From NCBI GenBank assembly GCA_044226015.1, contig JBGAHS010000001.1, positions 864,001-928,000 on the forward strand: DNA of 64,000 nucleotides, read 5' to 3'. The stretch comes from Candidatus Obscuribacteraceae bacterium. GTDB taxonomy: Bacteria; Cyanobacteriota; Vampirovibrionia; Obscuribacterales; Obscuribacteraceae. The notes beneath the pieces are model-generated. The model was given only the letters and a program-made list of their open reading frames with translations. It was not told the DNA's origin and searched no databases. The position numbers and the translations under genes are program-made. This document shows positions 21,349 through 32,385 of this stretch, one piece after another (position 1 is the first letter of the stretch; every line of letters starts with the position of its first letter).

Positions 21349-22245
21349 ATGGTACAACAAATTGAGAAACTGCTAAACGGAATGGATCCTGAGGAGTTTA
21401 ACTTTCAGCGAATCCTTTATAGCAAGCAAGGCTATGTAGCCACGATTACTATAAATAGACCCGAAGTATTGAACTGCTTCGACATGATTACCTTGAAAGA
21501 ACTCGGACTTGCTTTTGAAGATGTGAGCCGTGACGACAACATAGCCGTGATGGTTTTGACTGGCGCTGGCGATCGCGCTTTCTGCACTGGAGCAGATTTG
21601 AAAGAGCAAGAGGAACATATTCTCAAAAAGCCAAATAATTACTACAAGTGGATGTATCAGTTTATCGAAATGCACGATCGGCTTCGCAATATTGGTAAGC
21701 CAACCATTGCAAGACTAAACGGTATGACTGTCGGTGGTGGAAACGAATTGAACATGGCTTGCGACCTGGCTGTTGCTGCTGATCATGTAATCATCAGGCA
21801 GGTTGGTGCTGCTCGTGGTAGTGTCGCCGCTGGTGGCGCGACTCAATGGCTGCCGATGATTGTGGGCGACCGCCGCGCCCGCGAAATGCTACTTCTTTGT
21901 GAAGGACTTGATGCTTACACGGCACTAGACTGGGGGCTGGTAAATCAAGTGGTGCCAATGTCTATGCTTGATGATGCCGTCAATCAATTGGCTGAAAAAC
22001 TCTACAAGAAATTGCCAGAATGCACGCGCTATACAAAGCAGCAGTTAAATTTCTGGAGAGATTTCTCGTGGTCTATGACAATTGGTCATGCTCGCGATTG
22101 GCTAAGCCTGCACGCAGGCTCGCTTGAGACTGCAGAAGGGCTTCGCTCGTTCCGTCAGAAAAATGAAATCAATTACCCCGGCATTCGCTGCAAGGCTGCC
22201 GGTCCTGTGCCACCACCCTCACCGATTGGCAGTGGCATCGAGTAA
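21349..22245 (+). CDS. Crotonase-family protein, Oah/BadI/MenB-like ring-opening hydrolase
   Basis: AFCTGADLKE, NGMTVGGGNE, GSVAAGGATQWLP, LLLCE, C-terminal PECTRYTK...ARDWLSLH. Confidence 0.8.
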   Translation: MVQQIEKLLNGMDPEEFNFQRILYSKQGYVATITINRPEVLNCFDMITLKELGLAFEDVSRDDNIAVMVLTGAGDRAFCTGADLKEQEEHILKKPNNYYKWMYQFIEMHDRLRNIGKPTIARLNGMTVGGGNELNMACDLAVAADHVIIRQVGAARGSVAAGGATQWLPMIVGDRRAREMLLLCEGLDAYTALDWGLVNQVVPMSMLDDAVNQLAEKLYKKLPECTRYTKQQLNFWRDFSWSMTIGHARDWLSLHAGSLETAEGLRSFRQKNEINYPGIRCKAAGPVPPPSPIGSGIE

Positions 22246-22325
22246 GGACAAGTTCAAAGTCTAATAGTTAGCAGACAAATGGAGATGATACGCAAATGAC
22301 AGTAATAATGAAAGAGGAGAAGGAG

Positions 22326-23108
22326 ATGAGTACTTCAACGTACAAAAACATCAAAACCGAAACTGAAGGACAAATCGCGATTGTTTCGTTGAATCGTCCC
22401 CAGGTTCTGAATGCTTTGAACCATGAGCTGATGTCTGAATTGGCTGATGCTCTAGAAGGTTTTGATCGCGACGAATCTATCCGCGTAATCATTCTTACTG
22501 GAAGTGAAAGAGCATTCGCTGCAGGCGCCGATATTAAAGAAATGGCTGATGAAGGTGCCGTTTCAATTTTGTTGAAGGACAGGCTCGCTACTTGGGACCG
22601 TGTTCGTTTCATCAAGAAGCCTATCATCGCTGCCGTGAGTGGATTTGCCCTCGGCGGTGGTTGCGAACTGGCGATGACCTGCGACATGATTGTCGCTTCT
22701 GAGTCCGCTCAATTCGGTCAACCAGAAATCAACATCGGTGTAATTCCTGGTGCTGGTGGAACGCAGCGTCTCACCCTGGCAGTTGGAAAAGCAAAAGCCA
22801 TGGAATTGATTCTGACTGGTCGTCCATTCACTGCACATGAAGCGCTGTCTATGGGGTTGATCAACAAGGTTGTTCCAACCGAAATGTTGATGGACGAAGT
22901 GAAGACACTTGCTGCTGAAATCGCTAAGAAATCACCACTAGCGGTTAGAACTGCGAAAGAATCCATTCTCAAAGCTTATGAAATGACCTTGACCGAAGGC
23001 TTGAACTTCGAAAGAAAGAACTTCTACATGCTTTTCGCTTCTGAAGATCAGAAGGAAGGTATGAAAGCCTTCATGGAGAAGCGCCCAGCTACATTCACCG
23101 GTCATTAA
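22326..23108 (+). CDS. paaF: Enoyl-CoA hydratase (2,3-dehydroadipyl-CoA hydratase, PaaF-like)
   Basis: AFAAGADIKE, ALGGGCE, FGQPEINIGVIPGAGGTQRL (both catalytic Glu present); paa context. Alternative start 22296. Confidence 0.8.
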   Translation: MSTSTYKNIKTETEGQIAIVSLNRPQVLNALNHELMSELADALEGFDRDESIRVIILTGSERAFAAGADIKEMADEGAVSILLKDRLATWDRVRFIKKPIIAAVSGFALGGGCELAMTCDMIVASESAQFGQPEINIGVIPGAGGTQRLTLAVGKAKAMELILTGRPFTAHEALSMGLINKVVPTEMLMDEVKTLAAEIAKKSPLAVRTAKESILKAYEMTLTEGLNFERKNFYMLFASEDQKEGMKAFMEKRPATFTGH

Positions 23109-23131
23109 TATCGAAAGAGGATTTTAGAACA

Positions 23132-23929
23132 ATGTCAGACGAAAAAATATTGCTTGTTGAAAAGAATGATGGTGTTTGCGTCATTACTTTGAATAGACCC
23201 GATAAGCTAAACGCCTTCAACGACGAACTTAGCTTTCAACTAATTGATGCTTTGAAAGAAGCTGAAAAAGATGCTGCAGTTCGCGCCGTCGTCATAACCG
23301 GTGCCGGACGTGGTTTCTGCTCTGGTCAGGACCTTGCAAACCGCAAGTTCAGTGATGCCAGCGAAAAGCGTCCTTCGCTTTCTGAATCTATCCGCAGAAG
23401 ATATAACCCGATGGTCATCAAAATTCGCAAGATGGAAAAGCCAGTCATTGCGGCCGTCAATGGTGTCGCAGCTGGTGCGGGTAGCAGCCTCGCGCTTGCT
23501 TGCGATTTGCGTGTTGTAGCAGACAATGCTAACTTCATTCAATCATTCACTAAAGTCGGTCTGGTTCCTGACTCAGGTGCTACCTTCATTCTGCCAAGAC
23601 TAATTGGTGCCACTAAAGCATTCGAACTGATGCTTAGCGCTGATAAACTTAGTGCAAAAGAAGCTTTCGACCTCGGTATCGTGAATAAGTTGGTGGCTCC
23701 AGAAAAAGTTCTTGAAGAAGCTATCGAATGGGCCCAGACTCTAGCGAAGGGACCGACCAAAGCATTCGGATTAACTAAGAGAGCAGTCAATGCAGCCATA
23801 TTCCCAGACCTCGAAGAACGTTTGGAGTATGAAGCTTACATGCAAGAAATTGCTGGTCGCAGCGACGATTTCCAGGAAGGCGTTACAGCGTTTCTCGAAA
23901 AACGTACTCCAGCATACAAAGGCAAGTAG
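23132..23929 (+). CDS. paaG: 2-(1,2-epoxy-1,2-dihydrophenyl)acetyl-CoA isomerase PaaG
   Basis: GRGFCSGQDL, YNPMV, AVNGVAAGAGSSLALACD, FIQSFTKVGLVPDSG: PaaG-type signature. Confidence 0.88.
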   Translation: MSDEKILLVEKNDGVCVITLNRPDKLNAFNDELSFQLIDALKEAEKDAAVRAVVITGAGRGFCSGQDLANRKFSDASEKRPSLSESIRRRYNPMVIKIRKMEKPVIAAVNGVAAGAGSSLALACDLRVVADNANFIQSFTKVGLVPDSGATFILPRLIGATKAFELMLSADKLSAKEAFDLGIVNKLVAPEKVLEEAIEWAQTLAKGPTKAFGLTKRAVNAAIFPDLEERLEYEAYMQEIAGRSDDFQEGVTAFLEKRTPAYKGK

Positions 23930-23965
23930 TTGATACAGTTCAGCTACGCATGAGTATCTAAATCA

Positions 23966-24000
23966 TTCAGACCCTGTCCCTCTTGTGGACGGGGTCTGAA
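23966..24000. terminator. Hairpin between the convergent paaG and TPR genes
   Basis: TTCAGACCCTGTCC / GGACGGGGTCTGAA, a 14-bp stem with one G-U pair. Confidence 0.65.
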
Positions 24001-24123
24001 CCTTTGAAATTAGAAGAGCAGTCTGGAAGCCTGCGCTCTCAGATTCGCCATCCTGCCGGCTTCGGACAGGGATCGCCTTCATCCTGCTAACGAATTGAGA
24101 ATCACTCTGAACTCCTGCGATAA

Positions 24124-25164
24124 CTAGAAGCCTGACTCACCAGGGGGCAATGAATTTTTTTCTTCTTCTTGTGGCTGCCCTTGTTGCTGTTGGCGCATGT
24201 AAGGAGATGATTTGACTTCTCGCTGTTGCTGTGTGCCCGCAAGTTCGCCTTGAAGATAGACAATTCGTTTGTTGATTGGATCTGCATTGAATGTCTTTGG
24301 TGCCGTTCGAATTGCTTGCTGGTACTGGTTTACTGCGGATGTGACGTGCTTTTCCTCATCGAAGATGTGAGCAAGCGCCAGATGGCTTTCGAAATGATCG
24401 GGATTAATTTTCAAAGCTTCTAGCAAATGGTCAATCGCGCTCTGGTGGTCGCCTCGTTTGTAGAAGCATTCTGCCATTCCGTAATAGCATTCGACCCAAT
24501 CGATGTCTTTTAGAAGAGCATTGATCATTCCTTTGTAATCAGACAATGCCTGCTTATAATCAGGCGGCTTCATGTGGCGATAGCAGCGCGCCCTGCCCAT
24601 CCAAGCTTTTGTGAATGTCCAGGGGGTTTCTCCAAGAGCAGTCGTGTATGAGCCGATCGCCTCACCATAACGTCCCAGGCGCTCTTGTAAAACGCCCATT
24701 GTGTAATAGGGACGTTTGTTTTTGTAGTCTGCTTCAATTCTTGCTTGTGTTATGTGCTTATCTGCTTTATCGAACTGTCCGGTTTCGATGTAGCATTCTG
24801 CTATGTCGCAATTGGCATCGGGTGCGCCTTCGGTTGTTTGCGCCAGGTGGGTTGAAAGAGCATCGATTGCCTTGGCCCAGTTTTTCAGCTGCATATAGCA
24901 GCGACCGAGTGCCAGCCATCCTTCAGGATTGTATTTGTTTCGAGCGAAATAGCAAGACTGTTGGAATTCGTCGGCTGCAGCCTCTACATCTCCTAACTTG
25001 AGCAGCCTCTGCCCCTCTCTCATGTGCTCAACGGTGGGCTCGACGGTAGCGGTGTCTTTGCGTTTTGCTATCGCATCGGGCGAAGCCACGAAGCAGGGAA
25101 TCTGCGCAATTATCAGTGCGCAAATTGATGTTTTCAGAATTGACGAGTAATTTTTCTGGACCAT
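24124..25164 (-). CDS. Secreted tetratricopeptide-repeat protein
   Basis: Signal peptide and several TPR motifs (GWLALGRCY, YYTMGVLQERLGRYGEA, YYGMAECFYKRGD, ALKINPD). Confidence 0.88.
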   Translation of the reverse strand: MVQKNYSSILKTSICALIIAQIPCFVASPDAIAKRKDTATVEPTVEHMREGQRLLKLGDVEAAADEFQQSCYFARNKYNPEGWLALGRCYMQLKNWAKAIDALSTHLAQTTEGAPDANCDIAECYIETGQFDKADKHITQARIEADYKNKRPYYTMGVLQERLGRYGEAIGSYTTALGETPWTFTKAWMGRARCYRHMKPPDYKQALSDYKGMINALLKDIDWVECYYGMAECFYKRGDHQSAIDHLLEALKINPDHFESHLALAHIFDEEKHVTSAVNQYQQAIRTAPKTFNADPINKRIVYLQGELAGTQQQREVKSSPYMRQQQQGQPQEEEKNSLPPGESGF

Positions 25165-25166
25165 TC

Positions 25167-25418
25167 TCAGTCTAAGTTTTCGGCATCTAGTTCAATTTGA
25201 ATGATACCACTTAGATATAATGCTGTCGCAACAGCCAAATAGAGCAAAAGCGATTGCCACAAATTAATTGGCGGTAGCATCGAGCACATTGGCACAAATT
25301 TGTTCCAGGACCAATTAATAAGTACGACAGGATAAACCACCAGCCCGCCTATAACACCCATTGCCAGCACGGTGAATATTGCAGCAGCGCCAAATGGATT
25401 AACCGGGAAGCTTTTCAC
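25167..25418 (-). CDS. Small membrane protein
   Basis: 83 aa, two TM segments, WSWN...LPPINLWQ motif; 2-nt gaps to both neighbours. Confidence 0.7.
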   Translation of the reverse strand: MKSFPVNPFGAAAIFTVLAMGVIGGLVVYPVVLINWSWNKFVPMCSMLPPINLWQSLLLYLAVATALYLSGIIQIELDAENLD

Positions 25419-25420
25419 TT

Positions 25421-27493
<2,073 letters not shown>

Positions 27494-28684
27494 TTATAGA
27501 CCTTCTCTGCTGAGAATTACGCTGTCTCCCTGTCCGGTTCCGGAGCAGATTGCTGCAGCACCGTATTTAGCACCACGTTCTTCCATTTCTTTTGCTAAGC
27601 TCAGAAGAATTCTTGCGCCGCTTGCACCGATGGGGTGGCCCAGAGCCACGGCACCACCATTCACATTAACCTTCTCCGGGTCAATTTCGAGCATTCTCAT
27701 TGAAGTGAGAGCCACAGCTGAGAAGGCTTCGTTGATTTCAACGAGGTCAAGTTGAGAGGCGCTCAATCCGCATTTTGCCAGTGCTTTCTTCGTAGCTAGC
27801 GCTGGGGCCGTTGCCAGGTAAGGTACGTCTTGTCCCAGTGACGCGTGCGAGAGAATTTTTGCCAGTGGTTTCAAGCCGAGTTTCTTTGCCTTCTCTTCGC
27901 TCATTACGAGCAGAACGCAGGCACCGTCATTAACGCCAGGTGCATTGCCTGCGGTAATTGTGCCTTCATCCCAAAATACTGGTTTCAACTTTGTCAACGC
28001 TTCTACTGTCGTGTCTGCGCGAGGGCCTTCATCGTTTTCGATAATCTGATCTTGTTTCTTTTGTTTGATTGTTACTGGGAGAATTTCTTTTTTGAAGCGT
28101 CCGCTTTGAATTGCTTTGTTAGCTTTCTGGTGGCTGCCGTATGCCCATTTGTCTTGATCTTCTCGGGATACGTTTAGCTCTTGTGCTACCTTGGCACCGT
28201 GGACTGCCATGTGGACGAAAGCTATCGGGCACTCTAGCCCATCAGCCAACATTGCGTCTTTGAATTGAACGTGACCCATTCTCTTGCCGAAACGAGCAGC
28301 ATTAGCGTCCACCAGATATGGTGCCTGACTCATCGATTCCATGCCACCAGCAAGCATCATCTCGCCGTCTCCGGCACGAACGCGCAAATCACAAAGAGTG
28401 ACCGAACGCATACCAGAGGCGCAGACTTTGTTAACCAGTGTCGACTCACAAGTCACAGGCAATCCTGCTTTTATGAGTGCCTGGCGGGAAGGAATTTGTC
28501 CGCATCCGGCCTGAAGTACCTGTCCCATGATGACTTCGTCGATTTCTTCTGCGTTGATTTTGTTTCTCGATATGAGTTCTTTCAAGAGGGGAGCAGCAAG
28601 ATCAACCGCAGAAAGGCTGCTGAGCCCTCCGCCTAGTTTGCCGAATGGTGTTCTCAATCCGTCCACAATGACCGTTGCGCTCAT
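27494..28684 (-). CDS. Acetyl-CoA C-acyltransferase (thiolase)
   Basis: RTPFGK, NKVCASG, GGMESMS, NEAF, GHPIGASG, CSGTGQG; ATG at 28684 after AAGGAG. Confidence 0.95.
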   Translation of the reverse strand: MSATVIVDGLRTPFGKLGGGLSSLSAVDLAAPLLKELISRNKINAEEIDEVIMGQVLQAGCGQIPSRQALIKAGLPVTCESTLVNKVCASGMRSVTLCDLRVRAGDGEMMLAGGMESMSQAPYLVDANAARFGKRMGHVQFKDAMLADGLECPIAFVHMAVHGAKVAQELNVSREDQDKWAYGSHQKANKAIQSGRFKKEILPVTIKQKKQDQIIENDEGPRADTTVEALTKLKPVFWDEGTITAGNAPGVNDGACVLLVMSEEKAKKLGLKPLAKILSHASLGQDVPYLATAPALATKKALAKCGLSASQLDLVEINEAFSAVALTSMRMLEIDPEKVNVNGGAVALGHPIGASGARILLSLAKEMEERGAKYGAAAICSGTGQGDSVILSREGL

Positions 28685-28960
28685 CGCTGTTCTCCTTAAT
28701 TGCTCTGCTGGACTTACAGTCCTGGTAAGAAATGCTAACTTCCCTGACAACTCAGATTCCTTATTCTTTCGAATTGTTCAAAGATTTGGGCATTGGAATA
28801 CACTAATCGACCCCGAACCTTGAAAAGTATCGATACGATCGGCCGATCTTGCCTGATAAAATGGTCCTGCTGTCTGGTAATCTCGCGACTTTCCACCAAA
28901 CCATCGCAAGTCGTCTGCTATCGGGCATATATTTTAAGCAGAGCAGTTGGGGATTGGATA

Positions 28961-29713
28961 ATGTCAAGGTCATTCCGCGGTCGACCGGACCCGCAAGACA
29001 ATCGTGATCAAGGACCTGACGACGCCAATGCGACGGGCGCACAGCGTCCGCAGCCGCGTGGCAACATGCCGCAGCGTTCCTCAATGAGACCAAATGTGAG
29101 GTCTGGTCCGCAGAGTCAGCCTCCAGCCCAACGAAAGGCAGATTATTTGCCTGAGTATGCCGAGGAAGAGCAAGGCTACAGCAATGATTCAGAAGTTTCG
29201 CAACCAAGTGAGATGAACAAACGCTTTGTGGCTGCCTTAATCGACGTAGTTGTTGGTTATATTCTCAACTTGATGGTTAATTGCATTCCTTTTGTGAACG
29301 TGTTTTTGCACGACCAGATTGTTATGGTCTCTTACTTGCTTGTCAAGGATTTCCTGTTCGGCGGCAGGGGCGTTGGAAAAAATCTGATGGGCTTGCAAGT
29401 TGTTGATGCCCGGACTGGCGCCCCCGCCTCTTTGCTTCAGTCCATTCAGAGAAACATAGTCATATTCGGACCTTACATCTTGATGTACATCTCGAATTTG
29501 ATAATCAAGTTTATTCCTGATGAGAACATCAAGTCTATTGCGCAGAGTGTGGTTCTGGGCATCGGCGCAGTTTACATCATCATCGCATTGCCTTACGAGG
29601 CTTATCGCCTCTATTCTAGAGCTGATGGAAACCGTTGGGGAGACCAGATTGCAGGAACCACGACAGTTCCTGCTGACATGGATTTTGGCAATCCGGCTGG
29701 GCGTCGAAACTAG
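28961..29713 (+). CDS. RDD family membrane protein with disordered N-terminus
   Basis: KRFVAALID, GKNLMGLQVV, RWGDQIAGT; start taken at the ATG at 28961. Confidence 0.85.
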   Translation: MSRSFRGRPDPQDNRDQGPDDANATGAQRPQPRGNMPQRSSMRPNVRSGPQSQPPAQRKADYLPEYAEEEQGYSNDSEVSQPSEMNKRFVAALIDVVVGYILNLMVNCIPFVNVFLHDQIVMVSYLLVKDFLFGGRGVGKNLMGLQVVDARTGAPASLLQSIQRNIVIFGPYILMYISNLIIKFIPDENIKSIAQSVVLGIGAVYIIIALPYEAYRLYSRADGNRWGDQIAGTTTVPADMDFGNPAGRRN

Positions 29714-29857
29714 AATTCATCGTTACCTTTGAATTAGGAAACAATTCCGTGCTGATCGAGTTTGGCACGGCTTCCTCGTGCTATCTTAAGCAAGTTCAAG
29801 TGCAAGCAAAGAAGTTCCTCCAACTTCGATTAGAAATGTGTTGTTAGAGATTTGGAT

Positions 29858-31342
29858 ATGAGCATAAAAACCGCTTACGTCTGGGGTCCTGTTTCGAGTT
29901 TCTCTTCGAGCTTGTTAGCCACAATGCTTGAAAATGGGTGGACAATTCACCTGGCGACAAAATCTGCCTTGCAGATTTCGCTGTCACCGCTGGATTTGTC
30001 TTCTTCTGCGCAGCAAAACATTGAAAAGTCTGCCGGAGCTGAAAGATTTAAGTTATTGAACGAGCGCCTTGTGTTCCTGGACAATGGCGAAGTTCAAAAA
30101 GGCACCACATATGATATCGCGTTGTTCATGGGCTTGCCGAGTAATTTCGACGAGCCTCGTGTGTCGCGTGCTCCCTGGGCTGCGGAAGAACTGCCGTCCA
30201 TTGCAGCTAAATTAAAGGGTGTGCCCATTATTATTTTCTCGGCTCTTTCTGGTGGCATTCAGTCTGATGGATCTGTGCCTGAAGAAATTGAGTTCGAGAG
30301 ACGCAAGCCGCGGAGTCATTTCGAAGCCGTTTGCCAGAGCTACGAAGCTAAGATTCTCAAGGCGGTCAACAAGCTCGAAAGCAAGTGGCATCTGGTCCGA
30401 ATTCCTCTGGTCTTGGGAAGCAAGGAGGACGGGCGCAGCTTGAATTTCACTGGGCTCTACAATATTTTGCACGAACTATACAACGCGAAGATTCAGCTTG
30501 GTGATAATCCTGAAACCAAGACACTTGAGCTGCATTACGATCCCAACGCTACTTGTTGGATGCTGCCGGCAGACGTCGCGAGCGCCCTGGTTTTGAGTTT
30601 GATCGAAGACCCTCAGCGACCATCTATATGCAATATCGTATCGACTCAATCGACCCTCTGTCAGGAGTGGATGCATGAGCTTGCGCTGGGCTTGGGCGTC
30701 AAAGAAATCGTTCCGGCAGATAAAGATGCAGTCAATCTGCCTGGTACGCTGCGAGCTGTTTTGAGTGATAGCATTCATGTGAAGACGAGAAATCTCTTTG
30801 AATTGCAAGGGCGTCACCAGCACGTTCCCGTAACTCTAAGCAGCGACTATTTTGCCCGAGTTATAGATTATGCAAATCAGCATAATTGGGGACAAGCAAA
30901 ATTTAGTGCTCCGGAGCCAGGTTTCTCTGCCGAGCACGCAAAAGATTACTTCGAGAATTTCTTGCCAGAAAAAATGGATAAGAAGCTCTTGAAAGATCTT
31001 GCATCTTTTAATGGTGGCATTGCTTTTCAGATAGCCGGAGAGGAAGAATCCTCTTACTTAATTCAATCGGTTGATGGAACTCTTCTAGTGGCAAAATTCG
31101 AGTCTAGCAACCACAAACCGGCAGGCACATTTGTGATTGCTGCAAACACTTTTGCAAAACTGGTTGCTGGCAAAATTTCTTTCGAGCAGGCTTTGATAAC
31201 TCGAGCTGTGCAGGTGAGTGCGGGACCCCTGGCTATGCTTAGAGTCTGTGATTTCGAACGAAAGTTGTTGCGCAAATATCATTTCAGTTCTACAACAAAA
31301 TCAGATGACTCGCGCGTGCTTGAAGGCGCCGTAAAAGAATAA
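29858..31342 (+). CDS. Degenerate extended-SDR (thioester reductase-like) domain fused to an SCP2 sterol-carrier-like domain
   Basis: Rossmann-like start with eroded glycine motif, [18 protein letters not shown]-terminal IAFQIAG...[22 protein letters not shown]. Confidence 0.65.
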   Translation: MSIKTAYVWGPVSSFSSSLLATMLENGWTIHLATKSALQISLSPLDLSSSAQQNIEKSAGAERFKLLNERLVFLDNGEVQKGTTYDIALFMGLPSNFDEPRVSRAPWAAEELPSIAAKLKGVPIIIFSALSGGIQSDGSVPEEIEFERRKPRSHFEAVCQSYEAKILKAVNKLESKWHLVRIPLVLGSKEDGRSLNFTGLYNILHELYNAKIQLGDNPETKTLELHYDPNATCWMLPADVASALVLSLIEDPQRPSICNIVSTQSTLCQEWMHELALGLGVKEIVPADKDAVNLPGTLRAVLSDSIHVKTRNLFELQGRHQHVPVTLSSDYFARVIDYANQHNWGQAKFSAPEPGFSAEHAKDYFENFLPEKMDKKLLKDLASFNGGIAFQIAGEEESSYLIQSVDGTLLVAKFESSNHKPAGTFVIAANTFAKLVAGKISFEQALITRAVQVSAGPLAMLRVCDFERKLLRKYHFSSTTKSDDSRVLEGAVKE

Positions 31343-31353
31343 GGAGGTCCACT

Positions 31354-32325
31354 GTGGGCATCGCCAATGAAATTACCGAGACCTTTGGGCATACACCGAT
31401 GGTCCGTTTGAATTCTCTGAGCTCAGGGCTCGAAGCAACTGTAGTATGCAAGCTCGAGTTCTATAATCCGCTGAGTTCAGTGAAGGACAGAATTGGTATT
31501 GCCATGGTGAACGATGCCGAGTCCAGAGGACTAATCAAAAGAGGTGAGAGTACTCTGGTTGAACCAACCAGCGGAAATACAGGTATTGCATTGGCTTTTG
31601 TTGCTGCGGCAAGAGGATACAAACTCATTCTCACCATGCCAGAAACAATGTCTATTGAGCGGCGAAAATTGCTAGCAGCTCTAGGGGCACAAATTGTTCT
31701 GACACCAGGCTCAGAAGGTATGCGTGGTGCGATTGCCAAAGCCAATGAGATTGTTTCTCAAACCGAAAATGCATACATGCCACAGCAGTTCGACAACCCT
31801 GCTAATCCGCAGGTGCATAGAGAAACTACAGCTGAAGAAATCTGGCGTGATTCTGACGGTAAAGTTGATATTTTTGTTTCCGGAGTGGGAACAGGTGGCA
31901 CCATTACTGGTGTCGGGCAGGTCTTGAAGCAACGCAAGCCTGGTGTCAAAGTTGTCGCTGTAGAGCCGCAAAACAGTCCAGTAATCACTCAGAAACTTGC
32001 TGGACAAGAATTGAAACCAGGACCGCATATGATTCAGGGAATTGGTGCAGGTTTCATCCCCTCGATTTTAGACCTGAGCATCATCGATGAAGTGATTATG
32101 GTCACCAATGATGATGCCATCACGCATGGTCGTCGTCTTGCTACCGAAGAAGGAATCTTTGCTGGTATCAGCAGCGGTGCTGCAGTTGCTGCTTGCCTTG
32201 AGCTGGCAAGAAGACCAGAAAACAAAGGAAAAATGATTGTTTGTATCTTGCCGAGTACAGGTGAGCGTTATCTATCTACTGTATTGTATTCGGATATATC
32301 ACAAGAGTTAGTCGGTTCAAAATAG
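31354..32325 (+). CDS. cysK: Cysteine synthase A
   Basis: [63 protein letters not shown] start after AGGAGG. Confidence 0.97.
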   Translation: MGIANEITETFGHTPMVRLNSLSSGLEATVVCKLEFYNPLSSVKDRIGIAMVNDAESRGLIKRGESTLVEPTSGNTGIALAFVAAARGYKLILTMPETMSIERRKLLAALGAQIVLTPGSEGMRGAIAKANEIVSQTENAYMPQQFDNPANPQVHRETTAEEIWRDSDGKVDIFVSGVGTGGTITGVGQVLKQRKPGVKVVAVEPQNSPVITQKLAGQELKPGPHMIQGIGAGFIPSILDLSIIDEVIMVTNDDAITHGRRLATEEGIFAGISSGAAVAACLELARRPENKGKMIVCILPSTGERYLSTVLYSDISQELVGSK

Positions 32326-32385
32326 CTCATAAGCGTGCGGAGGCGCTCTAGTTCGTAATAGAATTATTGAGCTATTGCCGGAGGC

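Noticed and set aside
27494..28684. Naming the thiolase paaJ
   Set aside because: Motifs NKVCASG and CSGTGQG differ from the typical PaaJ NRLCGSG and CIGVGQG, and it is in a separate operon; left as a generic thiolase.
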